A DNA stretch of 64,000 bases from a virus, in IMG/VR virus record IMGVR_UViG_3300016665_000370, positions 29,978 to 93,977 of that record. One strand, written 5' to 3'. The notes under the pieces are model-generated. The model was not told where the DNA came from, made no database searches, and saw nothing but the letters and a program-made list of their open reading frames with translations. Numbering within the stretch: the stretch's first letter is position 1; each line of letters starts with the position of its first letter. Below are positions 29,918 through 40,840 of this stretch, one piece after another. The position numbers and the translations under genes were made by a program.

Positions 29918-31531
29918 TTATATCCTTATTCCAAACTGTTTTCTTTCTGTATATATAGTTTGCATTATATTATATACTTGAAAAACATTTTTCTGAATTT
30001 CTGCCAAAGACTCTTCTAATGTTGGTCTTGGTTCTCCAGATAATTTAAGTATTTTTATACATCTATCATAAGCATCATCATCTAATAATCCTAATAAGTA
30101 TCTTCTTTCAACAAGATATAATCCTGCTAATATAGCTACAATATCGCACAATCCTAATCCACTAAATTCTCCCATAATAAGTTCTATATTTTTAAAAGCT
30201 TCGGATGCTTTTGTATCAAAAGATAACTTTGTTCTTATTAATGATTGATATGTTGATCTAGATATGTCTCCAAATGCTTTTGTAATAATATCAATTCCTG
30301 GTGCAATAAAATCTGTAATAGATTTTGATATTCCTTCATTTTGAACTTTTGATGTTTGTGGTGTAATTTTATTTAATGTATCTTTTATTCTAAATCTTTG
30401 GATTTCATTATCTAATTCTGAATTGTATTTATTTTCAAATAATCCAATGTCATAACTCCTTATACCAGATTCAATTCCTTTTGTTCCGCAAATTGGTAAA
30501 TACCATGTAATACCATATACAAGATCAATATCGTTTTGAGCTGATATTAATTCATCTACCATAGAACTAATTAAATTTAAAAACTTTAAAAACATTTGTC
30601 TTTCTACAATCCCATAAGATGTAGGATCTTGTATTTTGCTAATAATTTCATCATCTTTAATTTCATCATTTGCAGAAACAAAGTCTATAATATCCTGTGC
30701 ATATGCTCCAACTTCTCCTTGCCTATTGGCTGCTAAATATCTAGATTCTATTACTTTTTGTAATAAAGGTATTTTAGCAGTTATTGTTGGATTTATTTGT
30801 AATTGAGATTGTTTCCATGTAAAAGGAACTGCTGGCTTTTTTATTGCGGCTAAATCTAATCTTGGATCAACAATTAATGGAAAAATATAATGATATCTTT
30901 TTGCCGTCAATTTTATATTGTTTGTAGAATATTCTAACAATGATCTATTTAATGGATCTGCTAGTTTTACCAAATAAGATTGATTATCAATATCAAAATC
31001 AAATATTTCTTGGTATTTATCTACATGATCATTAAAGTTTCTTATATTGTATGAACTTAATATAAAAGATGATGTAATTATATTTTGATATCCAAACCAT
31101 TCTTGTACTTTTGAATTATAATAAGATTCTCTTTTTACAGAAAAATCATAATATCCTGATCTTGGTGAATTTATTATTTCTAATTTTTTTGATATTTTTC
31201 TAGTTTTAGTAGTAAATATATTATCAAATAAATATTTTACACCATCATGTCCTGGATTATAAAAATCATTACCAGTACCAACTACAGGAAATCCAACTAA
31301 TCTAAGAAATGCATGTGCTCTGCTTTCTTGATAAGAATCGCTAACCTGTAGTTTATTTGTAACTCCACCAAAATCAGAAACTTTTAATAAATTTAGTTTT
31401 TTTAAATTATCAGGAGAAGAAATATTTACATACCCTCTTATTTCATCAATTTCTGAAACAACAGAGTTGTAAAACTCATTGATATCAATTTTGAAATTCT
31501 GATTATTCTTATAATTAGACTGATTTGTCAT
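29918..31531 (-). CDS. Hypothetical protein in the baseplate module
   Basis: 537-aa ORF tightly packed in the structural operon. Confidence 0.65.
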   Translation of the reverse strand: MTNQSNYKNNQNFKIDINEFYNSVVSEIDEIRGYVNISSPDNLKKLNLLKVSDFGGVTNKLQVSDSYQESRAHAFLRLVGFPVVGTGNDFYNPGHDGVKYLFDNIFTTKTRKISKKLEIINSPRSGYYDFSVKRESYYNSKVQEWFGYQNIITSSFILSSYNIRNFNDHVDKYQEIFDFDIDNQSYLVKLADPLNRSLLEYSTNNIKLTAKRYHYIFPLIVDPRLDLAAIKKPAVPFTWKQSQLQINPTITAKIPLLQKVIESRYLAANRQGEVGAYAQDIIDFVSANDEIKDDEIISKIQDPTSYGIVERQMFLKFLNLISSMVDELISAQNDIDLVYGITWYLPICGTKGIESGIRSYDIGLFENKYNSELDNEIQRFRIKDTLNKITPQTSKVQNEGISKSITDFIAPGIDIITKAFGDISRSTYQSLIRTKLSFDTKASEAFKNIELIMGEFSGLGLCDIVAILAGLYLVERRYLLGLLDDDAYDRCIKILKLSGEPRPTLEESLAEIQKNVFQVYNIMQTIYTERKQFGIRI

Positions 31532-31533
31532 AA

Positions 31534-33723
31534 TTAAATATCAGAAATATCTCTTCTTGGCTGTCCATCAGAATCAATGCCTTCGCCAATTCCTGTTCCT
31601 GCAACAGAAGCTACGAATCTATATTCTAATTTCTTTATCTCTGAAGTTGCATCTTGATCTAGATCTTCTGGTAATGTAACTAATGTTAAAGATTGGTTTG
31701 AATATGATAAATCTATTAAACCTATTCCTCCAGTAGAAGAAGATATTTCTCCTATAAAGAATTGTGTTCCATCATATACAAATTTACCTATCTCTCCTAA
31801 AGTTAAATTGGCTGTTAACTTATCTGCAACTTTTTGAGCTACACTTGCAGTTAGGTTTTGAGTTATTGGTTGATTATTCCCATCTCTTAAATCTACAATT
31901 ACTTTTATTTTCTGTGTTGTAAATTGTACAGATGGATCTAATCTAAATGTACTCTTAGATGCATCTATTCCAATATCAAATAACTCTTCCAAAGATTGAT
32001 TACATTTGTTTTCTAAATCAGTTAAACATGTTGTAGTTGTTGCTTGAAATGTAGCTAATGTAGTTTCATTAAGATCTGACCTTAATGTATCTAATGCTGT
32101 TTGCAAACATTGTTGAGTAAAATCTAAATCTGGAAATCTATCTGATCCAAGCAATTCTGTTAATAAATCTAATCTTAAATTAAAGTTTCCAGCAATAACA
32201 GTATTAACAAAATCTACATCATTTCTTAAATCTGGATTACATGCAGATGCAACTAAATCTTTTGAGAATAATACTTCAAAGTTTGGCTTTAATGTATATT
32301 CCATATTGTCATATCTATAGCCATCTGTACTTTCTAGTACTGGATTTTGCTCAAACTCTGTAGGGAAAAATATGAAATTCTCTAACGTTGCGGGAGTAGT
32401 TGTTTGAGTATAACCATCCGTATCAAACCCAAACAATTGTGTAGTGCCATCTGCTTCAAATCCTAAGCCGCCTGCCAAAGACAAAACTCCATTTGCAGCT
32501 CCGGTTGTTGAATTATTCCATAATATTAAGTTTGTTGTAGGTGGATTTAATACAATACAATCTTTAAAGATTATAAATCTTGGAACTCCATAATCAGGTC
32601 CAATTCTTCCATAATTTTGAGGATTATAGAATAGTTTTAAATCAACTGTATAAGCAGCTTGTTTGGGATTTGTGCTAGCAGTATATACAACATCTGTTGG
32701 GAAAAATACTGGCTTTGGATTTATAAAGCTAGGGATATCATATGCATCAACTATATTGATAAATCTTTCATTTACTTCTTGAGCATTATCATATAATTGA
32801 AATGATTGTTTTCTTATTTCATAAGATAGATTGTTACTGCCTCCTGGTATATTTGGGAAAGGAAGTATTACATTTGATTCTGCAATAACTGAATTATAAT
32901 ATTGTAATGATCCGGTTTGTCTTGATGTTGTTTTTAATACATAATCTGGACAAACATCTGAGTTACAACATTCATCAAGATATTGTTGTTCTGTTAATGT
33001 AGCTGGATCTGATTTTGTACATGGAGGAATTCTAAACTTAATATTTAAAATATCTTTTATTGTTTTAAACAAAATTGCAAATGCAGATAATAATACAAAT
33101 AAGTTTTGAAATATACAAAGCAATGCTGCAATCTTTTTAGAAATTGCAATAATAGATTCATTGTCTGCCTTTTGTATTGCTTTATTTAATGCTCTTATGT
33201 TTCTTAAAATAACATCAATAAGTTTTTGAATTTGATTAATTATATAAGCAATAAGTTCAAGCAATAATAATAACAAAGATATAATCATAACAATTAAAGC
33301 AAATATAGGAAACATAGCTAAAAAGTCTGGTAAACAAACTCTAAATAATTTTCTTATTGCTCTTAATAGTTTTACTGGATTCTTTAATGCACAAATTATT
33401 TCTATAATACAAACAATTAAGTTTAATATAGGTAAAAAGAATTTATATAACATTAAGAATGGGAAAAACTTATCCAATAACTTCATGATACCATCAAAGA
33501 TATCTTTTGCAAAGTTTGGATTTAATGCTGGTTGTAAAATACCAGAAGGTAATACTAATTTTAATCTGTTAAAGATACTTAATAAATCTTCAGGAAACCC
33601 ATTTGGAAATGGAAATTTATTTAAAGGTAAACTTATAGAGAATGGTTGACCAAATCCTGGTATAAAATTAATAGGTGGTGGATCTGGAAGATTTATATCA
33701 ATATCATTAACATCACAAGGCAT
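31534..33723 (-). CDS. Cys-rich protein with long hydrophobic segments in the baseplate module
   Basis: FFPFLMLYKFFLPILNLIVCIIEIICAL; FLAMFPIFALIVMIISLLLLLLELIAYII; IAALLCIFQNLFVLLSAFAILF. Confidence 0.65.
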   Translation of the reverse strand: MPCDVNDIDINLPDPPPINFIPGFGQPFSISLPLNKFPFPNGFPEDLLSIFNRLKLVLPSGILQPALNPNFAKDIFDGIMKLLDKFFPFLMLYKFFLPILNLIVCIIEIICALKNPVKLLRAIRKLFRVCLPDFLAMFPIFALIVMIISLLLLLLELIAYIINQIQKLIDVILRNIRALNKAIQKADNESIIAISKKIAALLCIFQNLFVLLSAFAILFKTIKDILNIKFRIPPCTKSDPATLTEQQYLDECCNSDVCPDYVLKTTSRQTGSLQYYNSVIAESNVILPFPNIPGGSNNLSYEIRKQSFQLYDNAQEVNERFINIVDAYDIPSFINPKPVFFPTDVVYTASTNPKQAAYTVDLKLFYNPQNYGRIGPDYGVPRFIIFKDCIVLNPPTTNLILWNNSTTGAANGVLSLAGGLGFEADGTTQLFGFDTDGYTQTTTPATLENFIFFPTEFEQNPVLESTDGYRYDNMEYTLKPNFEVLFSKDLVASACNPDLRNDVDFVNTVIAGNFNLRLDLLTELLGSDRFPDLDFTQQCLQTALDTLRSDLNETTLATFQATTTTCLTDLENKCNQSLEELFDIGIDASKSTFRLDPSVQFTTQKIKVIVDLRDGNNQPITQNLTASVAQKVADKLTANLTLGEIGKFVYDGTQFFIGEISSSTGGIGLIDLSYSNQSLTLVTLPEDLDQDATSEIKKLEYRFVASVAGTGIGEGIDSDGQPRRDISDI

Positions 33724-33726
33724 ATT

Positions 33727-34041
33727 TTAATCCTTTAAATTTTCTATTTTTGTAATTAATACATCTGTTAGCTTAGAAGCTATAAGATCTATATCTTTTG
33801 ATGATATATTACAATTTAAGTCACTACATAATTGTATAACAATTTCTGTTAGATCTTGTTTTGTATTCTCAAAAATATCCTTTTCAATAAAATCTTCATC
33901 TGAACTTTCTTTTAATTCTTCTTCACTTACAGAACCTAATGAATTTAATATTGAGTTAGCTAATTTTACTTTACCTAACATCTTTAATTCTTGAGCTTCT
34001 ATATACAATCTATTATACAAGTTTTTATTTATCTTTTTCAT
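33727..34041 (-). CDS. Hypothetical protein
   Basis: 104-aa ORF, ATGA-coupled to the putative spike gene. Confidence 0.6.
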   Translation of the reverse strand: MKKINKNLYNRLYIEAQELKMLGKVKLANSILNSLGSVSEEELKESSDEDFIEKDIFENTKQDLTEIVIQLCSDLNCNISSKDIDLIASKLTDVLITKIENLKD

Positions 34042-35963
34042 ATTGATCCTCCAAATTCTTTTAATAGCAATCTTCCATTTAATACCAAGTTTTCTGCTTC
34101 AATAGTCATAGTAGCATCTGATTTTAATACAAAGTCTCCATTTGCGTGCATAATGACTCTACCTGGAGTAAGTACTTGTACTTCTCCGTTTGAAGATATC
34201 CTAAATACAGTTGCTTGAAATCCAGGTCTTAATACCCTAATATCTAATGTTCCTCCTAAATATCCATTTTGTAATCCGCTAAATCTAGAATCTGAATCTA
34301 TTCCAACTCCGCCTATTTGTACAATTACATTTCCATCCATATTTAATACAGCACTGTTATTACTTCTATCTCTTCCAACATTTCCTACAATGCCTCCTGC
34401 AAAATCTAATAATAAAGATTGTCTATCAGAAGTATTTGCTCCTATATTAAGCTCTATAGATCCATCTAAGTTTATTTGACCAGATCTTCCACCTGCATTA
34501 GCATTTTCTCCAGATACAAATATTTCTTTAGAAACAAAGTCTTTGCTAATATATGTATTATCTAATGTTATTGTTTCATCATTTTGATAATTAATAAAAT
34601 CTAAAGATTGATGCGCTATACATGTTTTTGTTATGTCATGATAAGCTGTTCCATGCTTTATATGCTGATTTGTTATTCTATCTATTGGAGTTACTTCTCC
34701 ATTTTCATCTTTAATTGATATTTGACCTATTGCAAATGAATCATGCATAATATCCAAATTATCTTCTCTAAAAATCATTTTATTTGGATTATTATTATCT
34801 TCACTTGATACATGAGAAAAATTCTCATATCTTGTTAGCAAAGGAATATTTCCTTTTTCAGATGAAGCTGAAATATTAATTTTAAACTGACCTTCTTTAT
34901 CTATGTCAATAAAAGATCTTGATCTGTTTCTTGAATAATTACTTGTTTCATTTACATCAGGAGGTTCTGTTAAATCTTTTTTTGAATTCAATTCAGCATG
35001 ATATGCAATACCTTTTCTTTGCAATTCTTTTAGTTTAAAAAAAGTATTTGTCTTGTCTACTCCATTATCATTAGATAAAGAAACATCTCTAAATTGAATT
35101 GGATATCTATTTAAATCTAATACATTTCCAAAAATATCTGATACTGTACCTTTGATTGTTTCAAACAAATCATTTGGATTATTTAAACTAAGATTTAATG
35201 AATTTGATCTTAGTTTTCTTCTATCAGGATATGAATATGCATTTTTTACTTTTTGATTTTTATAATACAATGATTCAGAAAAATCATCTAATACAATAGA
35301 TGATCTTTGATATTCATAAACTACACTTCTATTCTCTACAAGTGGAGGATTTTTATTAAATGTTTCTGATAAATTATTTGGATTTAATTTTGGATCAAGA
35401 CCTATAGAACTTCTTTGTAAATAATAATTACTATCATTAAACTTTAAGCTATCAGATTGATTTGATAAATAATTCTTTTCTCTTTTGATTAAGCCATGAA
35501 TGGAATATCCAGATTCATTTATAGAATATTGATTACCAAATAAATTAGTATGATGATTTAAAAATGAATTTGATACAGTTTTTCTTGATTCTGATCCAAT
35601 AGAAATTTCTTCTTTTAATAATTCTATAGATGATAAATCAGAAATTTTTATTAAAATAGAATCTGTTTTTAATTCAGGAACATTTAATAGATTGTTTGAA
35701 ATAGAAGATACATAATAATATTGATTTCCACTTCCTTGCCCTACAATAATGTCAGATCCTTCTTTTGGTCTTGCTCCAATGAAAACTCCGTTATCAAACA
35801 TAATAGAAGAAGGAATAGGAATATCAATAAGAGCAGATGTTCCTTTTAAAGCATTTGATGTGTTTAACTGAATGCTTATTGTTTTTTCAAATTCATTATA
35901 TTTTATAATCTTTGCTCTTTTTAAAAGACCAATTGGATCATCAAACTTATTTATTCCATTCAT
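34038..35963 (-). CDS. Putative central spike (gp5/gpV-like)
   Basis: N-terminal OB-like segment (GARPKEGSDIIVG), C-terminal short beta repeats (GEVQVLTPGRVIMHANGDFVLKSDATMTIEAENLVLNG), position after the hub gene. Confidence 0.65.
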   Translation of the reverse strand: MNGINKFDDPIGLLKRAKIIKYNEFEKTISIQLNTSNALKGTSALIDIPIPSSIMFDNGVFIGARPKEGSDIIVGQGSGNQYYYVSSISNNLLNVPELKTDSILIKISDLSSIELLKEEISIGSESRKTVSNSFLNHHTNLFGNQYSINESGYSIHGLIKREKNYLSNQSDSLKFNDSNYYLQRSSIGLDPKLNPNNLSETFNKNPPLVENRSVVYEYQRSSIVLDDFSESLYYKNQKVKNAYSYPDRRKLRSNSLNLSLNNPNDLFETIKGTVSDIFGNVLDLNRYPIQFRDVSLSNDNGVDKTNTFFKLKELQRKGIAYHAELNSKKDLTEPPDVNETSNYSRNRSRSFIDIDKEGQFKINISASSEKGNIPLLTRYENFSHVSSEDNNNPNKMIFREDNLDIMHDSFAIGQISIKDENGEVTPIDRITNQHIKHGTAYHDITKTCIAHQSLDFINYQNDETITLDNTYISKDFVSKEIFVSGENANAGGRSGQINLDGSIELNIGANTSDRQSLLLDFAGGIVGNVGRDRSNNSAVLNMDGNVIVQIGGVGIDSDSRFSGLQNGYLGGTLDIRVLRPGFQATVFRISSNGEVQVLTPGRVIMHANGDFVLKSDATMTIEAENLVLNGRLLLKEFGGSI

Positions 35964-38900
35964 TAAATCTCTTTTGTTTCAAATGATATGTAGCAATCTA
36001 TTATGTTATTTAACAATGTTTTCTTTAATCCATATCTAGATTTACTTTCTAGTTTTTTACCAAAAGCTTCATCAAATATTCTATCCGAATCTAAATCATC
36101 TTTCATTGCTCCGCTTGAAATATAAATATCTCTAGCTGCTCCAATTGCCTTTTGAGATGGAGATCTTGGATCATTTTCATCAGATAAGTTTACATCAACT
36201 GTAGAATCTTTCTTTATAAACTTTGGATCTACTTTTATATTTATTTTTCCTGTTTCGCTTGTATTAAATGTTTCTTTTTGTCCTGTAAGTATTTGATAAA
36301 CATCTTCTCTTAATGCTGATAATTCTTGCGGAACAGGTTCTCCAAATGTATAAATTCTTAACTCTATTTTTGCTTCTATTGGATTATTTTTTATATTATT
36401 TATATTCATTTCATAAGCAACTTTATTTATTATATCTTGAATTGTTTTTGCATTTTCTTTGCTATATTTGCTTATATATTGATTACTATCATCATTAATT
36501 CTAAATGCAGAGCTTGCATTTGGATCTAATATAATGATTCCTATATTAGAATCATCAAGATATGAATCTTGTCTATAATTAATAAAATCTATATTGTCTT
36601 TGTTATTGTAAATAACTTTACCTACAGTATCAAATAAGTTTGGAATATAATCTCCTGGAGAATGTCCATATTCTAATGTAAGAGTAGTTGAAAATCCTCC
36701 ATTAAAAGAAAAATTATGATTTATAGATTTTACATAAAACAATAACTGATTGTCTTCTATATATACAACATCTCCTAGTTGATAATATTCGTTTCCAACT
36801 AATGTAACATTTCCTCTTAATATATTTTTTCTTGCTTTTGATAAAAGAGTAGATGCATATGGAGCTAATTGTGTTCTAGGATCTGATAGTAATGGTACAT
36901 TGATAGGAGACCCTGATCTTAAACCATAATTTCTCCAAGAATCATAATCTATTGCAAATGCAGAAGATAATCCATTATTTTGACTAATGGCTTGAGTTAA
37001 ATCAGAAGAACCTCCAATAGATTCAAATTGATTAAATGCTCCATTTACTTGAACAGATGTATATTCTGGTTCATTTTCTGAAAATGAATATTGTTTTATT
37101 TGAGAAGATTTAATTACATACCTAGAACCTGATCCTGGTCCTAAATCATCATAAGACTCATCTTCAATTAAGTGTTCTAGTATTTCTGGTACAGTATTAA
37201 AACTAACTTGTGGCGTTAATAATCCATTAGCTACATTTTCATTATCAATAGATCTTAATTCAATTGAGTTTTTTAATGATTCATAAAACTTTTTTAATGT
37301 TCTTTGTCTTTCTGAAAACTTTTTAGATATTTCATTTGTTACTGTAACTAAATCTATACCTTTTGTTGGCTCAATTAAAGCACTTGCTGTTTTAGTTGTA
37401 AGATATAAATTATCAGTATTTACTGGACTTCTTGTTTTTATTCTTAATCTTTGTTTTAATGAAGTAATTCTATCATTGTTTTCTAAAAATATAGCATCAT
37501 CATATTTTGCTCTTTTTTCTGGGCTTAAATAAGACAATACAACTTCTGATCTTATTTTTGGAGTAAATAAAGATTTGTTTGATAATGCTTGTGATGATAT
37601 TACTTGCAATGTTTCATTTTTTTCAAAGATATCTGGATCTGCTGATTTAACAAGTATATCTATTTGATCTATAATACCTTCTGTATTTGTTACAAAAGCA
37701 AATGGAAATGACTGTTGCAAATCCCCAAGACTTCCAATAAAAATACCAATATCAAAATCATCATTAATATCTAAATAAGCAAAAAATAATCTTATTTCAT
37801 CTTCTATAATTTCTAATCTTTGTTTTAATGTTTCAATTTGATCTTTAAATAAATTATCCAAGAATTTTGGATACAAATCAATTCCATATTGTTTTTTTAG
37901 ATTTGTTAATCTATAAAAAACAGAACTTGGCATTTTATTAAATTGAGGAGATCTTGTTCTTAAATGTCCTTGAGAATCGCAGAAGAATTCTAAATTTAAT
38001 AAATTAGCTGCTAATTTTATTTTTTCTTTTACATCTGTAAAATCATTATTGTATAAACTTAAACTATCATCAAGGCTTGATTCAAATGCTGCAAAATCAT
38101 AATCTTTATCATATGTATCATCTACAATAAAAAGATTATTATCAGTATTAGATCTTACTTTCCAAGGCAATCTTTTAGTAAGCTCATTTACTCTTCTTCT
38201 TAAGTTTCTTCTTGAATTTTCTTCTTTTAATATTTTGCTTGGATCTTCATCATTAATAAATCCATCTGGATTAAAAGTTACATCATTTCCAATAATAGAT
38301 AAACCATAATTTGATTGATCTTCTTTTTCAATTTCTTGTTGTAACTTTTCTATATCAATTTTTAATTGATTCATTGCTTCAATAATATTTTTTGAAGCTT
38401 CTGTTCCTATTCCTCTTAAAAATGGATCTGAAACTACTCTTCTTGCTCCTGACAAATATGCTGCAATATCTAGTTCTTGATATTTTTGTAACTTTTCATT
38501 AAGCTCATTTACTTTTCTATTTACAGAAATTTCTGCTCCTAATACTTTAGCATAAGCTTCTTCATTCATTGTTAATGTTTTAAATGGAATAAAGTTTCCC
38601 CAAAGAACATTGTTTTTTGCTAAATCATTTTGTAATGTTGCAAAATATGAATAAGCTCCTGACTTATTATTTGAATCTGGTTGATAGCCTTCTAGGTTAG
38701 TTACGGTTCTCCAATAATTTATAAAATTATAAGGTCTTCCTGTAACTAATAAAGAAATTACATTCATTACATCTTGTCCAGCAAATGGGTTTTTATATAT
38801 ATTTGGAACTCCAACTTTGTTTGGATCATTTATTTGATTTGAATTTCCAAATGCAACATATAGTCCAATACCTTGTTTCCAATTGTATACTAATCCATCT

Positions 38901-40840
38901 GGATTATACATGAATCTTTCTTTTTGACCTGTAGTTGGATTTGTTGTAATATCTGAAATAAAATTATCTTCTGTAACAAATAATCCTATTCCTGGTCCTG
39001 ACTTAAACTTAACCAATCCTACATCTGATGAATTTCCAAGAATCATTTTATTTTCATCTAACAGTTCTGGATTTTCATTATTAAAGTTTGTTGTAATGTT
39101 ATCAAACTTAGATTTAAATGGAGTTAATTGATCAAATATTGCTCCATTAAAATTATCTACTCCTGGATTGAAATTAACTTTTCCCATTTCTAAGAAATGA
39201 GTATTATCTACACAATCTATAGATACAGAAAATCCAGAAGAAGCAGCATAAGACTCTGTACCTCTTTTTACCAATCCACCAAATACGCAAATTCCATCAT
39301 TACTAGAAACAAATAGATTTCTTAAATAAACCCATAATCTATCTGGAAATTTAGATCCTACATAAGCTGCCTTTTCTGATTGTAAATCTAAATTTGAACT
39401 TGGATTAAACAAAGTACTAAATTGATTTTTCAAATCATAAACAGTAGAACCAAATTTTTGAATAATACTTAATCCATTAAAATTACTTTTTAATCCAGCA
39501 AGAACCTTACTATCATATTGACTTTTAGATTGTATAAATACTCTTATCTCATCCATTGGTTGAATTAAATTTCTTCCCAATAAGAATTGATGCATTTTTT
39601 TTCTCGCATAACTTGTTTTCTTATTTCTTAATTGATAAGAATTTTGCGATCCACTTAATAAAAATAATTTTGTAAATATTGTTGATACTATTTTCTTAAA
39701 CAATGATAATTCTGATTCTTTTGCAGATTTATATTCAAATATATTTTCTGCTACATTTGATTTTTCTGTTGGATCTAATCCATCATTACCAAGAACTTCT
39801 CCATTAAGCAAAAATTCTTGAGATACATTTATTGTTGGTTCTATATTTGGTATGTATTCAAATATTAATTCTATTCCTGTTCTATCTACAATTGAAACTA
39901 CTCTTTTAGATAAAACAGTATTTGCATTTGTCTTAAAATTAATAGAACTTGCTCCTCTTGCTCTTCTTAAATCATTAAATCTAGATAAGTAAGCATTAAT
40001 TAAATCATCTGTTTGTCTTAATGAAAATTTAAAAAAGTTCTTATTATAAAAAGAATCCGTAGCATCTGATATTGCTTTTTCAATATCAAATTCTGTTATT
40101 CTCATTTTATTATATGGATCTGATAATGTTAAACTTAATGTACCATCTGAGTCTATAGATATAAATGAGTCAATTGAAGATACATTTGTTAATTCAATAA
40201 CTCCAGAAGGATCATCATTTAAATCTGTTAGCCAAGTTGTTATTTTAGCAGGATTTGAATAAGAAAGAACTGATCTGACTTTATTAGTTACATCTAATAA
40301 TTTATCTATTCCATTTATAGAATTTCCTCCAATTTGGTTAAATGCAACCAATGAATCAACTGCTCCTATAATAGTTGGTAACAATGCTGTTGTATAATCT
40401 GAATTTAAATCTAATACTTTATTGATTTTTGATAATTGCTCTAATGCAGATATTTCTCCGCATTTATTTCTAAATAAAATTTTGCAAGCTTTATAGTATA
40501 GCTTTTCATCTTCGGACATAAAGTCTGGTCTAAAATTATTTGCCAAAGATGAAAACATTCTTTTCTTTACAAGAACTGTTGCATTTGGTTCTTGCATTAA
40601 TATTTCTAATTGTCTTGATTTTGAATTAAATAAATCTGTTTTTATAAATCCATCTTCTACATAAGATCTATTTGCAGATTTATCTACTTGCTTTGCAAAA
40701 TCCCCTAAAGCTCCAAATGGAATTGTTTTCCCATTCTCTACTGTACTTAAACTTTGAGTACTATTATTTCCAAAAGATGATTCTAATGCAGAATTATAAA
40801 AGTTTTCTAACTTATCTCCAACTTTTCCTAAAAATCCCAT
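35963..40840 (-). CDS. Putative baseplate hub (gp27/gpD-like) with large insertions
   Basis: VFGGLV, EFFCDSQGHLRTRSPQFN, GNVTLVGNEYYQLGDVVYI...FYVKSINHNFSFNGGFSTTLTLEYG. Confidence 0.75.
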   Translation of the reverse strand: MGFLGKVGDKLENFYNSALESSFGNNSTQSLSTVENGKTIPFGALGDFAKQVDKSANRSYVEDGFIKTDLFNSKSRQLEILMQEPNATVLVKKRMFSSLANNFRPDFMSEDEKLYYKACKILFRNKCGEISALEQLSKINKVLDLNSDYTTALLPTIIGAVDSLVAFNQIGGNSINGIDKLLDVTNKVRSVLSYSNPAKITTWLTDLNDDPSGVIELTNVSSIDSFISIDSDGTLSLTLSDPYNKMRITEFDIEKAISDATDSFYNKNFFKFSLRQTDDLINAYLSRFNDLRRARGASSINFKTNANTVLSKRVVSIVDRTGIELIFEYIPNIEPTINVSQEFLLNGEVLGNDGLDPTEKSNVAENIFEYKSAKESELSLFKKIVSTIFTKLFLLSGSQNSYQLRNKKTSYARKKMHQFLLGRNLIQPMDEIRVFIQSKSQYDSKVLAGLKSNFNGLSIIQKFGSTVYDLKNQFSTLFNPSSNLDLQSEKAAYVGSKFPDRLWVYLRNLFVSSNDGICVFGGLVKRGTESYAASSGFSVSIDCVDNTHFLEMGKVNFNPGVDNFNGAIFDQLTPFKSKFDNITTNFNNENPELLDENKMILGNSSDVGLVKFKSGPGIGLFVTEDNFISDITTNPTTGQKERFMYNPDGLVYNWKQGIGLYVAFGNSNQINDPNKVGVPNIYKNPFAGQDVMNVISLLVTGRPYNFINYWRTVTNLEGYQPDSNNKSGAYSYFATLQNDLAKNNVLWGNFIPFKTLTMNEEAYAKVLGAEISVNRKVNELNEKLQKYQELDIAAYLSGARRVVSDPFLRGIGTEASKNIIEAMNQLKIDIEKLQQEIEKEDQSNYGLSIIGNDVTFNPDGFINDEDPSKILKEENSRRNLRRRVNELTKRLPWKVRSNTDNNLFIVDDTYDKDYDFAAFESSLDDSLSLYNNDFTDVKEKIKLAANLLNLEFFCDSQGHLRTRSPQFNKMPSSVFYRLTNLKKQYGIDLYPKFLDNLFKDQIETLKQRLEIIEDEIRLFFAYLDINDDFDIGIFIGSLGDLQQSFPFAFVTNTEGIIDQIDILVKSADPDIFEKNETLQVISSQALSNKSLFTPKIRSEVVLSYLSPEKRAKYDDAIFLENNDRITSLKQRLRIKTRSPVNTDNLYLTTKTASALIEPTKGIDLVTVTNEISKKFSERQRTLKKFYESLKNSIELRSIDNENVANGLLTPQVSFNTVPEILEHLIEDESYDDLGPGSGSRYVIKSSQIKQYSFSENEPEYTSVQVNGAFNQFESIGGSSDLTQAISQNNGLSSAFAIDYDSWRNYGLRSGSPINVPLLSDPRTQLAPYASTLLSKARKNILRGNVTLVGNEYYQLGDVVYIEDNQLLFYVKSINHNFSFNGGFSTTLTLEYGHSPGDYIPNLFDTVGKVIYNNKDNIDFINYRQDSYLDDSNIGIIILDPNASSAFRINDDSNQYISKYSKENAKTIQDIINKVAYEMNINNIKNNPIEAKIELRIYTFGEPVPQELSALREDVYQILTGQKETFNTSETGKINIKVDPKFIKKDSTVDVNLSDENDPRSPSQKAIGAARDIYISSGAMKDDLDSDRIFDEAFGKKLESKSRYGLKKTLLNNIIDCYISFETKEI

